DNA of 64,000 nucleotides from Minisyncoccia bacterium (GTDB lineage Bacteria > Patescibacteriota > Minisyncoccia > Phycocordibacterales > UBA9973). The notes beneath the pieces were generated by a model. The model did not search any database, was not told the origin of the DNA, and saw nothing but the letters and a program-made list of their open reading frames with translations. The translations under genes and the position numbers were made by a program. Positions 57,689 to 64,000 of the stretch are shown here, one piece after another. Position 1 is the first letter of the stretch, and every line of letters starts with the position of its first letter. Where the stretch lies: assembly GCA_039809245.1 (NCBI GenBank), contig JBDHUP010000002.1, forward strand, positions 11,188 to 75,187, given 5' to 3'.

Positions 57689-57715
57689 CTTTTTGTCTGT
57701 CTGCGCAGGCAGGTC

Positions 57716-58348
57716 TTATTTAGATAAAGAGGAAAGGATGAACTGCTCAAGCCCAATAGTAAAATCGAGCTCCCCCCTGTGGGCTCTGTGGTATAGAGAG
57801 ACAATCGCACTCGATTGACTCTTCAACTCATCTTTCGTAAACGAACGGCTACCGCCGATAATCATCGACTTAATCTTCCAGAATATAAGTCCAGAGATTG
57901 CTTCTGGCTGAACTCCCTTCTCTATCTGCTCACAATATAGTATCCAAGTACCAACCTTATCCCTCTTGGCAAACGAATCCACAATAGCGAAAGTGTTCGG
58001 CTTTGGTTGCTCCCTCTTCTTCTCCTCGAAGCGTTCCGCTTCACCGTACTTTTTATACTTCTTCTCATCTACGGCTTTGAGAGCATCCTCGATAAATATA
58101 AACATAGAGTCGGACTCTTGGAGTAGGCCGAGGTCTTTCGTTGAGAGTTCGACTAGTCCTTCCCCTAGGACATTATCGACTTGAATTACTGGTGAACCAC
58201 CGAAAAGGTTCTGACTTCCGGAATACTCGATGAGCTTTTCTCTAGAAGTCTCTGACTGAGGAAGCTTAATAACTTCGCGACCTTTTGTGATCGACTTTGT
58301 ATAGTCACTTCTTTTTTTGATATCGTTACCGACTAGAATATAAATCAT
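57716..58348 (-). CDS. DNA polymerase III delta-like protein (short CPR-type HolA)
   Basis: MIYILVGND, QNLFGG, FAIVDSF, LEQFIL. Confidence 0.65.
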   Translation of the reverse strand: MIYILVGNDIKKRSDYTKSITKGREVIKLPQSETSREKLIEYSGSQNLFGGSPVIQVDNVLGEGLVELSTKDLGLLQESDSMFIFIEDALKAVDEKKYKKYGEAERFEEKKREQPKPNTFAIVDSFAKRDKVGTWILYCEQIEKGVQPEAISGLIFWKIKSMIIGGSRSFTKDELKSQSSAIVSLYHRAHRGELDFTIGLEQFILSSLSK

Positions 58349-58845
58349 AACCAGCTACCAACTTTCTTTTTGTAATCTAAATAGACTTGACCGTACTTCT
58401 TCTCGAGCAACTTCTCTTCTTCTCTTAGAAAGATTAGCTTCGTTATGATTGAAGCGATTAGTAAAAATACAAAAGTGAAGAATGAGTTTAGTATTATCGC
58501 AAGACCTAGAGTCATAATAGTAAGCCCGATGTGTGTCGGATTGCGACTATACTTGTATGGACCACGTTCGAAATCTTTCTCGGTTCTGTTTAATCCAGTC
58601 TGCTTCTGCACACGAGCTGAGGTTGCTTGTGACCAGTAGATAAGTAGTGAACCCAAGATAATCATCGCAAAACCTACATAAGGGAAAAATGTCGCAGAAA
58701 AAAGATAAACATTAAAAGCACTATGGAAAATAGCTCCTAGAATAACAGCGATAAAGAACATAAAGTATGAATGCGAAAGGACGAAATGGACCATGCCATA
58801 CTTGAAACTTTCATTTTTATGAAACTCGTCTAGGTCTTCTTCCAT
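58345..58845 (-). CDS. Isoprenylcysteine carboxyl methyltransferase / PEMT family protein
   Basis: GPYKYSRNP, EEKLLEKKYG..Y..YKKKV. Confidence 0.88.
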   Translation of the reverse strand: MEEDLDEFHKNESFKYGMVHFVLSHSYFMFFIAVILGAIFHSAFNVYLFSATFFPYVGFAMIILGSLLIYWSQATSARVQKQTGLNRTEKDFERGPYKYSRNPTHIGLTIMTLGLAIILNSFFTFVFLLIASIITKLIFLREEEKLLEKKYGQVYLDYKKKVGSWL

Positions 58846-58880
58846 ATAATATATCCTATCACTATTACAACTTTTTGCTA

Positions 58881-61289
58881 CTATTTCAAGGCTTCCCAGT
58901 TCGCCCCTACTCCAGAGGATACTAGTAGTGGTACAGGGTCTAAATTCTTTAGAAACTCAGGAGGTATAGCGTTCTTCATCGCATTCTCTATTATCTTCAT
59001 AGCTTCGTCTTTAACATCTTCCTTTATTTCATAGACGAGTTCATCGTGGACTTGTAGTAGTAGCCTTGCTTTATCTAAGATGCCAGCTTTCTCTAAGTCG
59101 TCATGAGCTTTCCTCATGCCTATTTTGATAATGTCGGCTGTAGCTGTACCTTGGATGGGAGCATTTGTTGCCATACGCTCAGCCATCGCTCGCATAAAAG
59201 GTAGTGGTGACTTAATCGCTGGAAAATATCTTTTGCGTCCGAATAGTGTCACTGTGTAGCCGTGCTCTTTAGCGAAAGTTTTAATACTCTCTAGATATGC
59301 AGCTATTGTCGGGAACTGAGCAAAGTAATTATCATAGAAAATTTGTGCTTCTTTACGATCAGTCCCAAGATTAGTCTTCAGTGCATTCACTCCCATCCCA
59401 TAGAGTATGCCGAAGTTGATGACTTTTGCCCTACGACGCATATCGGCTGTAACATCTTTCTCGGCCACACCAAAAACTTTCATAGCTACGGCCGTATGAA
59501 TATCTTTGCCATCTTTGAATACTTGAATGAAGTATGAATCCTGTGACAGAAGTGCGGCAACTCGAAGCTCGATCTGAGAGTAATCGAATGAAGCAAGAAC
59601 GTATCCATCTTCAGCGATAAATGCATTGCGGATATTCTTACCTTTCTCTGTCTTGATAGGAATATTCTGAAGGTTCGGATTAGCCGCAGAGAATCGCCCA
59701 GTCGTACTACCGGCTTGGATGAAGTGAGCATGAAGTCGCCCATCTTTACCGACATACTCTGGAATTGTATCTATATATGTAGATAGTAGTTTTTGTAGTT
59801 CTCGATATTTCAGGATCTCATCGATAACTGGGTGTAGGTCGCGAATCTTCTCGAGCTCACTCTCACGAGTTGATCGTGCCCCACCGGCACTCTTCTTCAT
59901 CCCCTTTACTGAAAGGCCAAGCTCATCGAAAAGGACTTCACCAAGCTGTTTAGGTGAGTTGATATTGAACTCACGGCCGGAATGCTTCCATATACTCTTC
60001 TCGATCTTTGAAAGTTCAGAATGGTACTCTTTAGAAAGCTTATTTAAATATTTGGTATCTACCTTGATCCCGACTTTCTCCATTCCTTCTATGATAGGTA
60101 TTAAAGGTATTTCGATTTGTTTGTAGACATAACCAAGGTTCTCTTTATCTATGTCGGCTTCGAGCTTTCTGAAGGCTTCGTCTAGTGAGCTACTCCCTTT
60201 GTAGTTGATAATGTCGTCTAGGCTTGGATCTGTCTGTTCTGAGTCGAGTAACCAGAATGCGACTTTGGCTTTAGCGATTTTCTCTTTATCGGCTTCACTA
60301 TAACTTTCTTCTTTTTTCTGGTCAGCAACTTTCTGATCTTCATTTGAAATAACTTCCACTTCTTCACAACTAACCACGGCTAGGAATCTGTTCTGCAAAC
60401 TTTTGAATTCCATTGTACGGAAGAATTGAGCGACACTTTCTTTAGCAACTGTTTCTTTCCAAGTTTTCCTTGGTAATTCGAATTTTATCGGCGCATCACG
60501 ACGAATGGTCGCTAAGGTTTTCGAAAACAGAGCTTCGTCTTCACCATCTTTCAAAAGATTAAAAACTCGCTCTGTTATGCCAAGAGCCCGAACTTTATCT
60601 GGGCTCTTCTTTATAGCTTGATACATCTTCTCGATTGTTCCGTACTCGCTTATGAGAGTTGTCGCTGTTTTCTCACCTATGCCTTTGATACCTATAATAT
60701 TATCAGAAGGATCACCACGAAGACCTTTATAATCTGGCAAATATTTTGGTTCGAAATTAAATCTCTCTTTTACTTTTTCTTCATTGTATAAAATGGTATC
60801 GTTGATTCCTTTCTTTAATGTATAGACTCGGACTTTATCATCATCGACAAGCTGGAGTGTATCCATATCACCTGAAGCGACAATGACGTCGAGTTTTTTA
60901 TCCTTTTTTGTCTGCTCGGTAATAGTTCCAAGCAAATCATCCGCTTCGAAACCTTCGTATTCATACATCGGCACTGACAATGCAGTAAAAAATTCTCGAG
61001 AACGAATAAGTTGGGCCACCAGAGCATCATCTGTTTTCGCGCGACCGGCTTTGTAATCAACATAGGCTTCGTGGCGAAAAGTTTTCTTTGGTAGATCGTA
61101 GCAAGCTACTATATAGTCAGGCTTGAGCTCAGTAATAATCTTAAAAAGCATAGTAGCCAAACCATAAATAGCCCCAGTCGGCTCGCCTTTACTGTTCATG
61201 AATTCAGGTAAGGCATGATAAGCACGATGTATAATCGCGTGAGTATCGAGCAAAACCAGCCTTTTATTTGTAGTCTTTTCCTTCGCCAT
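58881..61289 (-). CDS. polA: DNA polymerase I
   Basis: 5'-3' exonuclease (HRAYHALP, EADD, GDPSDNI), DYSQIELR, KVINFGILYG, QVHDEL; start taken as ATG 61289. Confidence 0.97.
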   Translation of the reverse strand: MAKEKTTNKRLVLLDTHAIIHRAYHALPEFMNSKGEPTGAIYGLATMLFKIITELKPDYIVACYDLPKKTFRHEAYVDYKAGRAKTDDALVAQLIRSREFFTALSVPMYEYEGFEADDLLGTITEQTKKDKKLDVIVASGDMDTLQLVDDDKVRVYTLKKGINDTILYNEEKVKERFNFEPKYLPDYKGLRGDPSDNIIGIKGIGEKTATTLISEYGTIEKMYQAIKKSPDKVRALGITERVFNLLKDGEDEALFSKTLATIRRDAPIKFELPRKTWKETVAKESVAQFFRTMEFKSLQNRFLAVVSCEEVEVISNEDQKVADQKKEESYSEADKEKIAKAKVAFWLLDSEQTDPSLDDIINYKGSSSLDEAFRKLEADIDKENLGYVYKQIEIPLIPIIEGMEKVGIKVDTKYLNKLSKEYHSELSKIEKSIWKHSGREFNINSPKQLGEVLFDELGLSVKGMKKSAGGARSTRESELEKIRDLHPVIDEILKYRELQKLLSTYIDTIPEYVGKDGRLHAHFIQAGSTTGRFSAANPNLQNIPIKTEKGKNIRNAFIAEDGYVLASFDYSQIELRVAALLSQDSYFIQVFKDGKDIHTAVAMKVFGVAEKDVTADMRRRAKVINFGILYGMGVNALKTNLGTDRKEAQIFYDNYFAQFPTIAAYLESIKTFAKEHGYTVTLFGRKRYFPAIKSPLPFMRAMAERMATNAPIQGTATADIIKIGMRKAHDDLEKAGILDKARLLLQVHDELVYEIKEDVKDEAMKIIENAMKNAIPPEFLKNLDPVPLLVSSGVGANWEALK

Positions 61290-61344
61290 ATACCAATTAT
61301 AGCATTTTGAGATAGAAAAAAATGAGTGCATTCCTGCACCCATT

Positions 61345-62259
61345 TTATACACCTAATGAATTTCTTAATTTAAGATCCATTACCTCCCATACTCTTTTTT
61401 TAAAACCTTCGACCTCTTCGTCAGGAAAAATAGTCATAGGCTCCAGCCAATAAATACAAATTGTTCTTGGTGAATACCACCATTGGCCACTTCTTGGTTT
61501 AAATAGAAATGTCCACGATAATACCACTGGTTGAATTGGCTTTCCTGTTAATTTAGATAAAGCAAATGCTCCATCCTCAAACGGTAAAAGGTATTGATCT
61601 TCATCTTTGTCTGCAGGAAGCCTTCGTCCTTCTGGATAAATAAGAATATTAAAACCATTTTTAATTTCGGTTATTATATTTCTAAAAACCATCTTACGAG
61701 ACTTTTCATCCTTCCTGTCTATCGGAACTCCAATAAACTTTAGAAAAAATGAAGCGAGAAAGATTCTTTTCACCTCTGAAGCATAGACAACCTTCCATTT
61801 AAACCAAACCATTATGACAGAGTTGAGTGCATCATCTACCCAGGAACAATGATTAGAAACGACAATGACTTGTTCTTTAGACATTTCCCCGTCAAAGTCG
61901 AGTCGGACGCCTAAAATAAAAAGTATTACTATTGATATAGTCCACATGACTTTATAAATAATATTTTTAATGGGTAGAGAAACTATTAAGATCCCAGTAA
62001 TCCCAAGAAAAATAAATACCGGCACAGATATAATCCATGTTATTACGGTCGTTATCTTATCAAAAGTCTTACTTGGTTTAAATACAAAGAAATCTTTAGA
62101 TCTTAAAACTATGTAAAAAAACATTAGTGCGTAATACACATAAACAGTTGTGTATATAGTGTGGTGCCGAATTATAAAATAAGGCAATGCTATTGTTAAA
62201 ATAGCTAGAATTATTGAGGGTATAAGCCATGCCCTCAACTTCCACATTCTTTTTTGCAT
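61345..62259 (-). CDS. Lysophospholipid acyltransferase (PlsC family) with extended membrane N-terminus
   Basis: NHCSWVD (HX4D), PIDR, YPEGRR, PFEDGAF. Confidence 0.85.
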   Translation of the reverse strand: MQKRMWKLRAWLIPSIILAILTIALPYFIIRHHTIYTTVYVYYALMFFYIVLRSKDFFVFKPSKTFDKITTVITWIISVPVFIFLGITGILIVSLPIKNIIYKVMWTISIVILFILGVRLDFDGEMSKEQVIVVSNHCSWVDDALNSVIMVWFKWKVVYASEVKRIFLASFFLKFIGVPIDRKDEKSRKMVFRNIITEIKNGFNILIYPEGRRLPADKDEDQYLLPFEDGAFALSKLTGKPIQPVVLSWTFLFKPRSGQWWYSPRTICIYWLEPMTIFPDEEVEGFKKRVWEVMDLKLRNSLGV

Positions 62260-62332
62260 AACTTATACTTTTAGGGTTTAACAAAATTGTTTATTTGAAC
62301 CCAATACTACCACACATCGACAGAAAAACAAC

Positions 62333-62758
62333 CTAGAATTCTATTTCGCGAGTATCACCATCTATATGTGAGATTTTGACAGTGAGTGCATCTTTAGGAA
62401 TACAATCTGGCACATTCTCTGGCCATTCTATTATTATGAGGTTATTTTTATCTTCTAAGATTTCTTGCCATCCAAGCTTCATTAATTCTTCACTCTTTTC
62501 TAATCGATAAGCATCAATATGTATTAAATATTTAAATTTTTCATCTGTCACCTCGTACTTTTTCATTATCACGAATGTTGGTGAGATTATATTTTCTTTC
62601 ACTTTAAGTTGCCTAGCTATTTCTTGAGTAAGAGTTGTCTTCCCTGCTCCAAGTTCACCACTAAGAGAAATAACAGTGGCGTTAGTTAAATCTAACTCCC
62701 GAGCCTTCTCTAATATAGAGGCTGTCACCTGTGGTACTGTGTCGCGTGTCATTTTCAT
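62333..62758 (-). CDS. tsaE: tRNA threonylcarbamoyladenosine biosynthesis ATPase
   Basis: GELGAGKTT, SPTF, HIDAYRL, IIEWP. Confidence 0.96.
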   Translation of the reverse strand: MKMTRDTVPQVTASILEKARELDLTNATVISLSGELGAGKTTLTQEIARQLKVKENIISPTFVIMKKYEVTDEKFKYLIHIDAYRLEKSEELMKLGWQEILEDKNNLIIIEWPENVPDCIPKDALTVKISHIDGDTREIEF

Positions 62759-62817
62759 ATGGATATCTTAACACAAAACACCCCACATTTTACGTGGGGT
62801 GTTTTGATTAGAAGATA

Positions 62818-64000
62818 TTAGTAGTGTGTAGTTGTTGTACTTGATCCACCTGGGACTGTAGTATGAACTACTTTACTGCCATAGTATCTGCGAGTTAGTA
62901 ATATGATTAGCAATATTAGTATAAGGATTAGTAACCAACCTATAAGACCAATACTTGCTAGACCTGACCAGAATGCAGAGGCTCCTAGAACATTTCCAAG
63001 GTCTCTTGGATTGTTCAGTACATAGGCAATTGCGTTTTCTTGCGCACCACTTGGACTTGTATATACGAGAACCGCTGTTGTTACGATTTGCGCAACACCT
63101 GATGTTATAGCATCAACACGGCCTTGTAAGTACACAACACCTTCAGCGTTTGGAAGTAGATCTTCAAGAGGTACAGTTAATGTATTTGTATCTGTTGAAT
63201 ATGTTCCACGTGAAGAATTTATAAGAGTAATACCTTTTGGAACTATAACCTGAAGAACTGGTTTAGTAAGAGTTTTCTTGCCGATGTTCTTGTAAGTTAC
63301 AGTGTAGTCAACGATATCACCAAGACCAATGTACTGGTAACGATCTTCGATCTTAAGCATTATTGGAGATTCAGTACCAACGACAGTTGTACCCTGAACA
63401 ATGACTTGTCTTACAGTATTTACAACTGTTCCTTGTGTCTGGAAGACTTCAAGTTTACCGTATGATAGACCACCTGAACATTGTGATACGAAACGGTAGA
63501 AGTATGAAGTGTTCGGAGATAGACCTGTAACTATGTCACTGAATGTTCCACTTGCTGTACGAGCAACTGTCCTTGAACCTAGGTTAACAGTCGTACCATA
63601 TTCGAAATATGAAGCACCTGTAGAACCTGTAAGTAATCCGTTTAAGGTTGCAGAGTTCTGAGTTACATTTGTTGCAACTGTTGTAACAGCACAAGCATTG
63701 TAAACTGGAGGTGTAATTATTGTAGGGTTAACCACTACATATACAGTACGAGTTTGTGTACCACCTGAACTACCGTATGCAGTTAGAGTATATTGAGCAT
63801 TGTTTGAAGGATAGATTATTTGAGAACTACTGTATACATTACTTGAGATACCAGGACCATAAACACTTACTGATGTACAACCATATGTACTCCAAGAAAG
63901 ATTTAGCGCTCCACCTTGCTGGATTGTAGTAGAGGTAGAACCGTTAGCTGTGAAGTTTGAAATTGTACAGTAAGATTGATTGTTGTTATCTACATTTACG
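62818..64000 (-). CDS. Large surface protein, 3' part only (Ig/FN3-like and DUF11-like domains, C-terminal TM)
   Basis: Frame stays open to the window edge (VNVDNNNQSYCTISNF...); GLSPNTSYFYR, YTVTYKN, C-terminal membrane anchor. Confidence 0.8.
   Translation of the reverse strand, partial: VNVDNNNQSYCTISNFTANGSTSTTIQQGGALNLSWSTYGCTSVSVYGPGISSNVYSSSQIIYPSNNAQYTLTAYGSSGGTQTRTVYVVVNPTIITPPVYNACAVTTVATNVTQNSATLNGLLTGSTGASYFEYGTTVNLGSRTVARTASGTFSDIVTGLSPNTSYFYRFVSQCSGGLSYGKLEVFQTQGTVVNTVRQVIVQGTTVVGTESPIMLKIEDRYQYIGLGDIVDYTVTYKNIGKKTLTKPVLQVIVPKGITLINSSRGTYSTDTNTLTVPLEDLLPNAEGVVYLQGRVDAITSGVAQIVTTAVLVYTSPSGAQENAIAYVLNNPRDLGNVLGASAFWSGLASIGLIGWLLILILILLIILLTRRYYGSKVVHTTVPGGSSTTTTHY

Noticed and set aside
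57695-57714. Short palindrome GTCTGTCTGCGCAGGCAGGT
   Set aside because: Could be a REP-like repeat, but it is a single copy in this window, so a repeat family cannot be supported.
691-62284. Numerous 60-125 aa ORFs antisense to or nested in long genes
   Set aside because: Shadow ORFs with no motifs or initiation signals.
1-64000. CRISPR array, rRNA, introns or inteins
   Set aside because: No regularly spaced repeats or rRNA-like tracts seen; NrdA, PolA and TerL have normal lengths; the tRNAs are uninterrupted.
1-64000. Alternative genetic code (TGA=Gly, code 25)
   Set aside because: Conserved genes translate full length under code 11, and TGA ends genes at ATGA overlaps (e.g. hsdS/PIN at 31415-31418).

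Overview
AT-rich bacterial chromosome segment using the standard code 11. The gene inventory (DUF5652, fused PilM-PilN, short HolA, many apparently leaderless genes, few metabolic genes) points to a Patescibacteria/CPR organism, probably Parcubacteria; this assignment is an inference. The backbone carries nrdAB, transporters, a disulfide/redox cluster, rplS, rpsT, pilMNO, ruvX, an ECF sigma locus, a CsoR/CopA copper operon, ruvA, mutM, polA, tsaE and seven tRNAs. The main accessory feature is an ~18.5 kb island (about 23.4-41.9 kb) at the 3' end of tRNA-Ser(TGA). It is bounded by two different 16-bp direct repeats, with a third degenerate site inside. It encodes a HEPN-motif orphan and two convergent large serine recombinases. 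Next comes a type I R-M operon whose HsdM is fused to a MerR/Xis-like HTH and which has a UvrD-like ATPase and a PIN protein inserted between the hsd genes. The island also has a capsid-less ParB-MTase/MTase/TerS/TerL module and an HNH nuclease, and it ends in a structured, tRNA-Ser-mimicking non-coding element. Other notable items are a class Ic (Mn/Fe) RNR R2 signature, a tRNA-Arg with a GCG anticodon, a stand-alone DpnI-like domain, and visible XRE, ECF and CsoR sites. All calls come from reading motifs by eye; no database searches were run.
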